A stretch of DNA of 64,000 nucleotides, taken from assembly GCA_000004985.1 (NCBI GenBank), contig GG738863.1. One strand, 5' to 3'. Position numbers and translations under genes: made by a program. Of this stretch, positions 1 to 11,620 are shown one piece after another. Origin of the DNA: Naegleria gruberi. Its lineage: Eukaryota. The stretch's first letter is position 1. Each line of letters opens with the position of its first letter. Under the pieces are notes generated by a model. That model was not told the origin of the DNA. It did not search any database and worked only from the letters and a program-made list of their open reading frames with translations.

Positions 1-504
1 CAACGATTTTTATTGTTGGAGCAAAAACTGGGTTGATTTTATTTCTTACAATGAATATTTTTCATGTCATCACCAGGTGCTTCAGCAATTTTTATGAAGG
101 CCATTCTATTTTTATTAGACAATTTTCCCACCAAAGCAAACTTCAAGAGTGAACACGAGGTTTCACACAACAAGTATTTACAATCCAAGTTTTTCAACAC
201 CTTATTAACAGGATTTCATTCTGAAGTATTCAATTCATTGGCAATATCATCATACCCGTGTACCTAACTCATTCTTGTAATGTGTGGAGTATTGAAAGAT
301 ATTTATTGATCATCGATACAACCATCAGAAGAGAGGCCTTTATTATCCATAGAATTTGATTTGGTAATTTCAAAAAACGATAATAATGATCACAATCTCT
401 GACAAATCACCAGAATATCCAAACTCTCATTTCAATCAGCATAATAACGTAAGAAACCTCACCCAGCACTTTCAAATTCTCTCCCAACACACACATGAAA
501 AAAT

Positions 505-3135
505 ATGCCACAATCAAATTCGGAGGGAGAATCATCAGATGACAATAACAGCAGTTCCTTCATCACCATGATGGAAGACAATGATAGAACTATTAGTAGT
601 AGTGCAGATGATGCAGTACAACCTTCTTCTTTCTCAACAATTTCATCCTCACCACCACCAATAATAAATCAACAGCAAGGAACGATGAATCCAATCTTAT
701 TGGATAGCAGCAACAACAACAATAATTTGTTGTCATCTTTATCAAATAATAATAATAATAATAATAATACAATTCTTCAAACCAATCATTCTGATTCTGA
801 AGAAGATTCCGATTCCGATAATGGAATAATACCTATTACAAGACTAGTCAATAATAATAATATCATTAATAATATTCCTCCTCACCAACCAGTAAATAAT
901 AATGGCATGAATATTCAGACAAATTCTGCAAATATACCACTCCCAACAGTCACTCAAAGACTTGGCAATTTATTGAATAATAGAAATGATCAAGATGTGA
1001 GACGACAGGCACAATCTATAGCATTGGAAATTATTAGATTATTATTCACAAGCTCAATCAAGGTTACCATCTTTTTGGAATATTATCTGCTGGCTATTGG
1101 ATGTCTTTCTTTCATATTACTTGTTGCTTTACATACCCTATTTTGCATACCACCAAATAATTATCTAAATGCTCAACAAAGAATTGACTATACAAGGAAT
1201 GTAATTATGAATAGTACAGAATCAAATGCTTTACAATTTAGCAAAATGATGAAAATATTTGCATCGGAAAAGGCACAAAATACTACAAAACACTTTACTG
1301 CCATGTTCAGATTGGGACTATTTGGTCAGGATTATCATGGAGTCATTAATACGACCATCACTCAAAATGAGACACTACCAATTCAAAATGCAACATTAAT
1401 AATGGCAGAAGCAGATCCAAATAATCCTGTTGTTAGTGGCAATTTATTGAGTAGTATAGAAAATTCTACTGTTGCAACAAGTTTAAATCAGAATGATACA
1501 ATCATGACTGAAACAACAAGTTCATATCAAAACACATCCACACTATTGGAAAGTACTAGTAGTAATTCAACAAGTGAAAATGTTACACAAAATAATGGTG
1601 CTCTGGAAAATTCTTCTGAGGAGAAATCAAACGAAGAACAACAAGAGGATGACGACATTATCGATAATCTCTTCCAATACTATGAACAATCAACATTTTA
1701 CAAGAGCATTATCAAACCACTTAATCAATTTTTCGATAAGAGATTCTATTCCAAGCCTAGAATTAATTGCCTACAAAATACTATTTTACAAAAGTACAGA
1801 GATGAAATCATTAATAGATATTACGATTCAAATGATACAATCTCACCATTGGCAGCACATTCCTACCTCTTGAGAACCTATATTGAAGGTCCAATAGATA
1901 AGAAAATGAAATCTTGGAGAAGGGAATTGGAAGCAAAGAATGAATCAATTCCATTGAGAGAATCTTATGAAAGCTTTGATACTATAGAATCTATCAAATA
2001 TTGGATTGTGACAATGTATGAAACTTCAGGTGTTACAGAAGTTTTCAATGATACTAGATTATTTGTCTATACAACAGAGAGGGGATTATTTTACATTGCC
2101 AGAGAATCAAAGCAAACATTACAAGTACCAGTTTACACTATCAATTTAGATTGGAATGAACCATGCTTTGATGCTTTTGGAGGCATTCTACCATATATTC
2201 TTTCCTATTTTATTGGATATGACACTTTAATGTTCAATGCTTTTATTCAGTACAATCATGATTTTAATCATGCATATACTATCAATAGTGGCATGATCTA
2301 CACCAAACAATTCGATGAAGTGTACTACCTGAAACATTTTGAATATGATGATGATTTTGTTACTAGGTTCTTTGTAAAGATTTCTCCATTGATTCTCTAT
2401 GTGGTCAGCTTTGTGTTGATTTACTATCTAGTTAGAACAACCCAGATGAATATTCTACATCTCATTATTGAGTTGCAAGCACATTTGAATTCTGTGAATC
2501 AAATTTTGAGATCATTCTTAACTCACCTCTTCCAAAACATCATGTTTGTTCCAGTTTTATTGGGTGTAATTGGATTTATTGATAACTTCTTTGGTGGTGA
2601 TCAAAAAATCAGTTTAATGGTTTTCTGTTTAATTTGGCTTGCTCAAATATTCTTGAACAATATTTGTAGCAGTAGATTCTCGAGAAGCGTTTTCCCTTGG
2701 ATTCTTCATTTCCATTGTGGAGTTTATTTGACCTATTACTTTAGATATCCAACAGGTTATTCATATTTTGGATTCTTTGTTTGTTTGGTTCTAGTTTCTG
2801 AAATGATGTTACACTTTTGGAATAATTATGAATATCACCATATTATGAATTATCATCCTATTTTGAGAGATTTTCTTGGAAACAATAGAGCTAATGCTGA
2901 CCCAATGTTATTCGATAGATTATTACAACAAAATGGAATTCCAGTTCTTGGGCAACCACAGACAAGAGTACAAAACGTTCAACAATTTGTTTTCAATTTA
3001 TCTGACATGCAAAATCAGAGAACAACCATTGAGCAACAAATAGGACGATTCAACATTTCAATTTCTTTGGCTCAAGATCCAAACAACCAAGCTAATGCGC
3101 CAGGTACAAACAATACCACTACTGCATCTCAATAA
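505..3135 (+). CDS. Protein with an Asn/Ser-rich low-complexity N-terminus followed by a polytopic membrane domain; function unknown
   Basis: 876-aa uninterrupted ORF. The first ~200 aa are polyN/polyS tracts. The C-terminal half has several long hydrophobic helices (e.g. VTIFLEYYLLAIGCLSFILLVAL, MFVPVLLGVIGFI, YFGFFVCLVLVSEMML). No family motif recognised. Confidence 0.45.
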   Translation: MPQSNSEGESSDDNNSSSFITMMEDNDRTISSSADDAVQPSSFSTISSSPPPIINQQQGTMNPILLDSSNNNNNLLSSLSNNNNNNNNTILQTNHSDSEEDSDSDNGIIPITRLVNNNNIINNIPPHQPVNNNGMNIQTNSANIPLPTVTQRLGNLLNNRNDQDVRRQAQSIALEIIRLLFTSSIKVTIFLEYYLLAIGCLSFILLVALHTLFCIPPNNYLNAQQRIDYTRNVIMNSTESNALQFSKMMKIFASEKAQNTTKHFTAMFRLGLFGQDYHGVINTTITQNETLPIQNATLIMAEADPNNPVVSGNLLSSIENSTVATSLNQNDTIMTETTSSYQNTSTLLESTSSNSTSENVTQNNGALENSSEEKSNEEQQEDDDIIDNLFQYYEQSTFYKSIIKPLNQFFDKRFYSKPRINCLQNTILQKYRDEIINRYYDSNDTISPLAAHSYLLRTYIEGPIDKKMKSWRRELEAKNESIPLRESYESFDTIESIKYWIVTMYETSGVTEVFNDTRLFVYTTERGLFYIARESKQTLQVPVYTINLDWNEPCFDAFGGILPYILSYFIGYDTLMFNAFIQYNHDFNHAYTINSGMIYTKQFDEVYYLKHFEYDDDFVTRFFVKISPLILYVVSFVLIYYLVRTTQMNILHLIIELQAHLNSVNQILRSFLTHLFQNIMFVPVLLGVIGFIDNFFGGDQKISLMVFCLIWLAQIFLNNICSSRFSRSVFPWILHFHCGVYLTYYFRYPTGYSYFGFFVCLVLVSEMMLHFWNNYEYHHIMNYHPILRDFLGNNRANADPMLFDRLLQQNGIPVLGQPQTRVQNVQQFVFNLSDMQNQRTTIEQQIGRFNISISLAQDPNNQANAPGTNNTTTASQ
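741..775. repeat. (AAT)n microsatellite encoding a poly-Asn tract
   Basis: Perfect aataataat... run inside the 505..3135 ORF. Similar codon-level homopolymer tracts recur throughout the window. Confidence 0.8.
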
Positions 3136-3170
3136 TAGTTTATCATTAAAATATAATACAATCAATGAAT

Positions 3171-5752
3171 TTATTTTGTTAAACTTAAAAACATGTGATG
3201 CTCTCCAAAACTAGCAGATTTGATCTTCAATCCCAAATTTGTGTTGTCAAGATTTGGGCATGAGACGTTCAAAATTTCTACTGGAATATCGACTGCGATT
3301 GGAATGTCATGATAAAAGTAAAATCCTTGTTGATAAGGCCAACTGACTAACTCTTGATAACTGTTATCGCCTGAAACAAAGACTCTACCATCAATTCCCA
3401 CAAACAAAGTGTGATCGAATTTGGCATACACACTTTCAATTTCTCTTCTACTTAATGGATGCATATCAAAGTCATTATGTTGTGGTTGGAAATTAATCTT
3501 GAGAGGAATACAACTTGATGGCAGTTCAGTCTTAGTTCCCAATTGGCCCTTACTATTACTTCCTACAGTGTAGACAAAGTTTTGACCATTGACAAACACT
3601 GAATGGTTAGCACCTGCAGCAATAGCAACTATTGGGGTTCTGTTGAACAAATTCAATGGCAATTCTGATGGCACACAAACCTTCTTGATTCTTTCAAAAC
3701 CACACTGACCATTTCTATTATCACCACAAGTAAATACTCTTCCTGATTCGGTCAAAATTATAGTATGATTTTCACCACATTTAATATCTTTGAGTTGCTC
3801 ACCCTTAAATGTGGCAACTTTAGTCATGGATGGAATGAACTCTCTATGGTCATCAATACCAAGTTGTTTGTGATTGTTTGAACCACAAGCATACAAATCA
3901 TTATTGGCTAAAACAACTGTATGATTCTTGCCTGCTGCTATATTGGAGACAAACACTTCTTCATCCCAAACAACTTCACAAAGAGTATTTACATCCATAT
4001 TGTGACCTTGACCTAATTGACCAAACTGATTTGAGCCATATACAAACAATTTTCCATCATTTCTCTTCATAATGTAATGACATGATTGCTCATTTCCATT
4101 GCAATCAATATCTTCAATATTATCCAAATCAAATTCAATCAATGATGAATCCTTTGGACCTCCTAGAATATATACACGACCTGTTTCACTCAAAAGCATG
4201 GTGCTAGAAGCAGCACAACACACTTTCTTAATATTTGGTATGTCTTCAAATACTGAATTTTCCTCGTCCAAAAACCCAAGAGTTGGGTGAAGAATGCAAT
4301 TTTGCATACCAGTTTGGTTGTTCATATTGGATCCTGAGACTACCAATGTACAATCATTTGGATCCTTTAAACCTTGGGCAAATGTTGTAAATGTGTTGTA
4401 CTTTGGAACTAAATCTCTGTACTCCTCAAAGTATGGATGTTGAAGTATTTGTTCAGTGGTCAATCTCTCTTCTTGATTAATGTTCAACATTCCTCTCAAC
4501 AAGTCAAGTTCCTCATCTGTACAGGATCCAAAAACAAAGTTTGCAGAGCCATCTTCAGTCATTCCCCATCCCTTTTCTGTTACCAATGTTGTGACATGGT
4601 TTTTGACATTAAATTGTTGGTCACACCAGTCATTTTCAGTTGGTTTTCCAAACAGTTTTACAATACATTCCCAGATTTCTGTTGATGTAGATCCCTTAAA
4701 TATTGGGATTCCTCTGAGAAGGAAGGCAAAAATGGTTCCCAGGGTCCAAACGTTGTTGACTCTTCTGTTATTATCGCCACCGGTGACATCTCTGAAAATT
4801 CGTTCATTCTTTGTCGCAAACAAATAATCTCTAGAGTAATTCTTGCTTGGGCTTGCAAAGGATGATCTTCTTGGAGTTCTTGGGGATTTTGGTGAGGAAA
4901 TGATTGAGCTTCTTGGCGATTCAAGTATAGAATTTCTTCTTGGTGTCATAGATCCACCAGGAAATTCAATGGATCTTCGTGGTGTTGCAGTATAACTGTA
5001 AATATCATTGTTTGAATCATCTTCAATGGACACACTGGTGAGATCAAATAAACCAACTTTACAACCATCACCAATAACAATTAAATGAGGATCGACGGCA
5101 AATCTATGAAGACACTGATGAACCATTCCAGCCTTATGGATTTCATTAATTGCGGAAACGATTTGGAAAAATACAAATTTTCTCTGCTCATTATTAAGCA
5201 AACCATCCAAAATGGCATCAACCAATGAAAGTTCTAAGGAAATCGTGTCAATACAACGAAACAGTAGAATAATTACTTACGCATGTCTCCGTTTGGATAC
5301 AAAAAATAGGTCAGACCATCATCAATTGGTATCACCTTTTCTGGATGAATTATATTATCATGACGGAATGATTGGAGAAGTTTAATATATTTCATACATT
5401 TTTCTCCATCATCAACTGGATCCTTTTCATAAGGAAAGGTAAATTGGTCGACTAGCTTGTGAGTTAATTTCAGAACGAGTACATCTTTTTCTAATCCCTT
5501 TTCCTTAGCTGTAAATAACTCAACTTGAGGTACCCGATGAATATTATCACCAATCACTGCTTGCTCACTTTCCAATATTCTTTGAAAATGCTCCAATCTT
5601 CCAGTGATAACCTTTCCTAATGTTGATAACATAAACTTGTAACTACCAGCAGAAATTGGACTTCCCTTATTGGCCAATGTGTTTTGTTGGTTCTGGAGGA
5701 GAATATCTGCATTGATGTAGTTTGCAATTTCCGTGAGAGTGGCTCTCTGCAT
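3171..5752 (-). CDS. Protein-kinase-like (probably pseudokinase) domain fused to C-terminal RCC1 repeats; two exons, minus 5752..5281 and 5233..3171, with a 47-bp intron
   Basis: Exon 1 encodes the kinase N-lobe (GSPISAGSYKF...K, HDNIIHPEKV). Its donor is C|GTAAGT and the acceptor is TTAG. Exon 2 continues ...ARKFVFFQIVSAINEIHKAGMVHQCLHRF, where HRDLK is replaced by HQCLH, then ...KVGLFDL with DFG replaced by FDL. More than five RCC1-type repeats follow (YACGSNNHKQLG, VFTCGDNRNGQCG, VYTVGSNSKGQLG). Confidence 0.6.
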
Positions 5753-6338
5753 TTTTTTATATTTGTATTATCTACGTAGTTTGATGCTGAGTGTCGTTGT
5801 TGGTGATGAATATGCTACTACTGTGAGGGGTGGTTCCTAATGTGATGGGTAATGAAAAAATTTAAGGCTCTCTCAGCAGGTGGAGATAGATTTAATAACA
5901 AACTATCAAACAATAACAGCGGTCAAATCACTGAAAACCATAAATAAAGATTTTGACAAATAAAGATTATTAATGAATTAACGCTCTGAGTGATGCCATC
6001 ATTGATTCTTTTCATAAGGAAAGGTAACTTGATCGTGGTGGATTAGTGCAATTGTAAAGATGAAAATATTTAATTGTACCTTAGGAAAGGATTGGACCCT
6101 CTCTGAATAAGTACTTGCTAATACGTATGTTAACGTTCTAATTAGTGTATTTACATTTCCTTTTTCATATTTAATAAGATTAAGCAGAGAGAAAATGACT
6201 CATAGTAATTGCATATTTGGTATTTCATAAGCCATCAACACATCAAACATAAATACATCATAAAAATATTGATTGACTGCTCGTAAACAACATTCAAGCA
6301 TTGTCATGGTAAAGAACGGAAAATACTAAGAAGGATAT

Positions 6339-7775
6339 TTACTTCTTTCTTTGTAATTCTTGTCTGAGATAGTCTATAAAGTAGGCTTTTGAGTTGATGG
6401 CTCTGTATTCGTGATAGGTACTCATGATATAATAAAGCTCACTAATGGTTATCTTTGAAGAAATAATAGATTCTAATACTTCTGTCAAATCCTTAATACA
6501 TTGTTCATCCTTAAATGTTGAGTAGTAAACAGATTTTCCAGTAACTTTGGCAGCACATAATTGTTGGACAAATTTCAAAACAAAGTCTCCACCGAATTGC
6601 CCACATCCCCATCTTCCTGAGGTAATTTCTTTCTCAGGTACATTTTTGAATCCCAAGTAGGCCTTGTTGAGGTCACGTTTGATCATTTCAGGTTGGAAGT
6701 GCTTTCTAGATATGGCATCCATAATAATAATATCAACAGTATGTCCAAGAGGTTCGTATAAACCTGTAAATTCAAAAGTATTGAGATAGCCCTTATATTC
6801 GCTATATCTGACCATACCTCTCATGGTCATAATTTCTGTATCACTCAAAGATTCACAAATGAGGAGAGTGAGGAAAGATTCTGGGCAACAACTGAAAAGG
6901 ATTTCTTCTTGAGTGAGTGATGGAATAATTGAACCAATGTGAATGAAACGATTGGCAAAATCAACAAATCCACGACACAAAATATCCTCCATTCTTCCAT
7001 CATGAAGCTTGATAATAGACTTGGCTTCTTCTGCATTAGAAAAATCGATGTCCTTCATTTCAGCCCAATTTGGTTCCTCCTCTACTGTCAAGTTGTGACG
7101 AGTAAAAACAATATCCTCTCTATCTATGCACAATTGTTGTTCATGATTAGCTTGTTGATAAAAGTAACTTAATTGACAAATAATTCTTTCAATAGATTCC
7201 TCCAAACGACATACATAAAGTCTATTGAAATCCAAAACTCCAAAATCTCTCTCCCTATCTTTTTGCATAAAATTGTGTATTTCCGAAGAAATGTTCAAGA
7301 AGAAGGCATTTGCTAAAATGCAACGAACATCCTTTGGTTTGACAGTGAATGAACCTTGTTGATGCATCTCAATGAGTGGTAATCTTTCGATCAATTCGCT
7401 CTCTGTTGCTTCGAGAGCATATTGAGCAATCTTTGGAAGCAAGTGTTGGTAAAAATCAAATTCCTTATGTTCTTCGCCTCTTCCACGAATATATTCTTCA
7501 AAACTTTCAATGGCAACTTCAAGACCTGGGAACCCGAATCTTCTCTTTGAAGCATCGGTCTGGAATAAGTGAAGAATATCTTGAAGCTCTTCATATTCTT
7601 CAATTTCTTCTATTCCTTCCAGGATGGCTCTCGTAATCTCGGTTCCCTTTATAAAGAAACGATGACGAGTAGGCTCATGAACATGAATTTGAAACAACTT
7701 TTCAGCAGAGGCAGTCTTGTGAAGAATTGGTGAAAGAGGAACCTGATCAATGATATTATTATTGTTTGGAATCAT
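6339..7775 (-). CDS. Poly(ADP-ribose) glycohydrolase (PARG)-like protein
   Basis: Single 478-aa ORF. The PARG catalytic-loop region reads VDFANRFIHIGSIIPSLTQEEILF. The QEE is retained but the GGG of the GGG-X6-8-QEE signature is HIG. The C-terminal tail GRWGCGQFGGDFVLKFVQQLCAA matches the PARG WGCGAFGGD motif. Confidence 0.6.
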   Translation of the reverse strand: MIPNNNNIIDQVPLSPILHKTASAEKLFQIHVHEPTRHRFFIKGTEITRAILEGIEEIEEYEELQDILHLFQTDASKRRFGFPGLEVAIESFEEYIRGRGEEHKEFDFYQHLLPKIAQYALEATESELIERLPLIEMHQQGSFTVKPKDVRCILANAFFLNISSEIHNFMQKDRERDFGVLDFNRLYVCRLEESIERIICQLSYFYQQANHEQQLCIDREDIVFTRHNLTVEEEPNWAEMKDIDFSNAEEAKSIIKLHDGRMEDILCRGFVDFANRFIHIGSIIPSLTQEEILFSCCPESFLTLLICESLSDTEIMTMRGMVRYSEYKGYLNTFEFTGLYEPLGHTVDIIIMDAISRKHFQPEMIKRDLNKAYLGFKNVPEKEITSGRWGCGQFGGDFVLKFVQQLCAAKVTGKSVYYSTFKDEQCIKDLTEVLESIISSKITISELYYIMSTYHEYRAINSKAYFIDYLRQELQRKK

Positions 7776-8394
7776 TTCCTTTTGTCCGCAAATGTGTTGT
7801 TGGTGATGAGATTATATATTTTAAAGACACAAACTTTACCCGCTAACGCAACAAGGCTTTGGTTTGTTTTTTTTAATTAATTGACTTTTTCAACCATCAA
7901 TAATAATTGATTTTCAGTTTCATCTCACACAAGTCGGAGGTAAATTCCAAAGTCCACCCAAAACGCCGAATGTTGTACAACACAAAACTAAAGTCTGTGT
8001 GTTTCGAGTAAAGTGTTGTGTTTTCTTAATTGGCTAGATACTTTCGTATTGGCCATTATATGCCAATGTGTTTTTATGGATTTTCTTTACAATACATTCA
8101 ATTTACAGTTTGTTACAACACTATAAGTCAGTTCAGGCTAATTTCTCAATTTGCAGTTCTTTTCAAGTTCTATATCATTTTTGTAACCTCTTTCCAGTTT
8201 ACAGTAACTGAATTGAATATTTCATCTCATTCAAATTTTCTCCTATTGGCTCAACATGAATCATTTTGATAGAATCACAAAACATTGAAATGTTTAAAGT
8301 TTTGATAGAATTTACTCGACAACCTCAACAATTTTCTTGTTGGTTTTTTTCATTTCAATCAAAAAGGATTTTTCAAATATTTATTATTAAATAA

Positions 8395-10253
8395 TTGAAA
8401 AAAATGTTCAACAACAAACTTGCAAATAATTGTAGTGGTGGTGGTTTACTCATTAAACGAGTACTGCTTTTAAATTCTTTTAAAAGTCAAACTAGTTGGC
8501 TATTCGGAAGAGGAGGAGGGATTAAAGTAACAACAAGGAAAAAGTCAATTCCGATGATGATACCTCTTCTTAATAATCTTCATCAACATTCCTATCACTC
8601 CTGTATGAAACACAATAATGAACATCAGAGCAAGTCACAAAATTATTCTAGCTTGTTGCTTTCCAAATTATTTCAAGTTAGTTCTGAGGATGATAGAAAC
8701 CAAACCATTGAACAGATAAAAAAGGATTTGTTTTTGAAAGAATTGGATTTTGGTGGAACACAAAACATTATTAAACAATTAGATTGCTTAGAAAGGGATG
8801 ATTTTATGAAAATACTAGATGAATTCCTTGAAAGAAAGAGTATATTATCATCGATGAAACATGGGCCAAGTTACAAAATTCTGCTCCGACTCTATGATGG
8901 TCTACCTGATTCGGGAAAGGAAATATTGTTGGAACATTGCATTTACAAACAGAATTTATTTGATATTTGTACTGGAAAATACTCTAGTGCAACAGTTAGG
9001 GAGCTTGTTTCTAAAATGAGCGATAGCGAGTGTGACAGACTTATCAAATTAATTGACAGTAATTTGGTTAAGGAATTATCTAAGGATTCTACAGGTGCCT
9101 TTTTGATTTCAAAATTGCTACAAATAGAAAATCACAAGAGGGTAATGAGAATGGTTGAAGAAAATTTAAGTGAGCTCATTGTCCATCCAATTGGCAACTA
9201 CATTGTGCAAGAGTGCTTTAAAAAAATGGAAGATGGTGAACACTTGTTTATAATTGAAAAATTTAAAGATGATTTCAAACATATTGCTCTCTCCCAACAT
9301 GGGTCAATAGTAATTAAGAAGTTCATGAGTGTTGCATCAGATAAGGTTCTGGATATCTTTTTCACTCAAGTGGTTCTTCCTGATTTTAAAATATTTGCAT
9401 CGAGTAAGTCAACTCCTGCTTTAGATATTATATTTGCTAGGATTAATCTGGACAGGAAGATTCAATTTGTTGAAAAATTGGCACATTATATCATGGATGT
9501 GATTAACACTACTCAAGGATCAATCTTTACAAAAAGCTTATTGTAAAGTTTACAGATCCTCTAACGGAAATATTCTTACAAAATGTCAAACTTAAAATCA
9601 AACCAATCATGGAAGGAACATCTAGTAGCTTTGTAGTGCCAGCTCTTTTCGACCACTGTAACAAGCAAGGAAAGAAGGAGCTGATCACAGCATTGAAGCC
9701 ACACATTTTGGAGATGTCATACAATAGAAATTCCTCTCGAGTTTTACAACACATTTTAAATACATGTGATAGAGGTGAATTGGACTCTATGATATTGCTA
9801 CTTTTATCTAACTTTGATAATGTAATTACTCATGAAAGTTCTGCACCAATATTCCAAATGATTGTAGAGAGAGGGTTTGGCGAATCAGTGTTTTTGAGAA
9901 TGAAAGGGAATATGTTAAGTTATGCCTCTCACCCACTTGGGTCCTATGTTGTTTCTCAGTGTATTAAGAATTGCAAGAAGAGTGTAACAGATCAAATATT
10001 GCTGGAATTACTAGTTGATGATGTATCAAATAATCAAGTCTCTGAGAATAAGGTTCTCCAGCTTGTTAAATCTAAAGCTGGATCATTTGTTTTATTGGAC
10101 TGTTTGCAATTGGTATCTGAAAAGTATGCCAATCAAGCTGTTTTCGATTCTCTCCTCGATACTCTGAGCAAAAACATTCTTTCCATTAGAAATAGCGTTC
10201 TCAAAAAAAGGATTATTGAACTTTGTGAAAAAAGAGATAATAAATTGAATTGA
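8395..10253 (+). CDS. Pumilio/PUF-repeat RNA-binding protein (Puf-A/Puf6-like); two ORFs (8395..9546, 9609..10253) in different frames
   Basis: Repeated PUF helices: HPIGNYIVQECFKK, SQHGSIVIKKF, SSRVLQHILN, SHPLGSYVVSQCIK, KAGSFVLLDCLQ. The second frame is open upstream back past the first ORF's stop. No canonical GT..AG intron joins them, so a 1-nt indel or pseudogenisation is likely. Confidence 0.55.
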
Positions 10254-10294
10254 TCTGTTAAAGAAATTACAAATTTATTCTCATTTCAGAATAT

Positions 10295-11491
10295 TTAAGG
10301 TAGTGAAACATCATAATCGAGAAGCACAAGGAGTGTTCTTTCAATTATTTCTAAAATCAAGTTTTGATTTTCACCGGCTGCCCCAATAAGAATCTCAAAT
10401 GAGAGAATGAATTGAAAAATTCCTCTACCCTTTTCCTTATTAAATTCCTGCATGAAAGTTTGGAAATCTATGAATGACTCAGTTTTGTTAAATAATTCGT
10501 ATCGTTCCTTTAGAATTGAATAGTAATGAGCATGTAAGAATGATTCCTTTTCATGCTTATCTAATTTGAGATATGTTGCTAAATCAGAGGAGCTGTAAAT
10601 GTAATAGGAAAGATCTTGAATACAGGATCCAACATGCATCCATTGAAAGTCAATCATGGCTATATTTGTTTCCTCACAATCTGATTCTTTCATAAATATA
10701 AAGTTATTCATCCAAATATCACCATGAGCAATAATTCTTGATAATATTGAATCGTTGGGTAACCAATTTTCGTCCATGATTTTGTTAATTAAATTGCAAT
10801 AATGATTCAGATCGAACCCAGCACGTTTAAATATAACTGAATTCTCTACAATATTCTTCTTATCCTTAATGAAATTTACCAACTGACAATCAGCTTTTGA
10901 AAATATGATATTCAAAGTTTTTTCAAACATTTCTGCATTCAATAAATGATTCGGATTACTTTGAGATTGATCTATTAAGTTTCTAATAGTTGGATGAAAT
11001 GAACATGAATGAAATCTAGCAAGTGCCTCCAATGAATAGCAAAAGAAATCTCTTCTCAATCCTCGAACAACCAATAAATTACTTTCCATCCCTAGTTCTG
11101 ATCTAGCTCGATTTTTTAAAAGGTTCTCCATCAAAATAAAACCACCTCCAATGGGAAACATTGACTGATTACATTCATGATTATTGCATTCAACATGGGA
11201 GTTTTTAACTGTAGGGAAAATGATATCAGATACCAGCAAATTATGCTCCTTTAACAAGGGAAGCAGAGTTGAGTAAAAGTAACATTCCCTTTCGTGTATC
11301 TTTACTTGTTGTAACATTGAATTGATCAAGGCATCATTTCTAAAGTGATCATTCTCATAGGATGGAACAATTTTCAAAAGTAGGTCATGATTCCTGTCCA
11401 TGAGAATGGTACCAAGGTAGCCTCCCGATAGTTTATCATTGAAGGAGAAAATATCAATGGAGCAATCTTTCAAGCTTTGATTGTTTTGCAT
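10295..11491 (-). CDS. EcKL/CHK-type (choline/ecdysteroid-kinase-like, APH-fold) small-molecule kinase
   Basis: 398-aa ORF with the family's catalytic motif IAHGDIWMNNFIF (HGD.W.NN) and a downstream IDFQ (DFx) motif. Confidence 0.5.
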   Translation of the reverse strand: MQNNQSLKDCSIDIFSFNDKLSGGYLGTILMDRNHDLLLKIVPSYENDHFRNDALINSMLQQVKIHERECYFYSTLLPLLKEHNLLVSDIIFPTVKNSHVECNNHECNQSMFPIGGGFILMENLLKNRARSELGMESNLLVVRGLRRDFFCYSLEALARFHSCSFHPTIRNLIDQSQSNPNHLLNAEMFEKTLNIIFSKADCQLVNFIKDKKNIVENSVIFKRAGFDLNHYCNLINKIMDENWLPNDSILSRIIAHGDIWMNNFIFMKESDCEETNIAMIDFQWMHVGSCIQDLSYYIYSSSDLATYLKLDKHEKESFLHAHYYSILKERYELFNKTESFIDFQTFMQEFNKEKGRGIFQFILSFEILIGAAGENQNLILEIIERTLLVLLDYDVSLP

Positions 11492-11620
11492 TTTTTTTCA
11501 AATTGGAAATTGCTGAAACAAGATATTTCTTGTGAAGTTGGTGAAAATCAAGACCAGTGTTTGGCAATTGACTTGCTTCAATATGTTGATAGAATTTAAA
11601 TAAATACATTCATCAATGAT

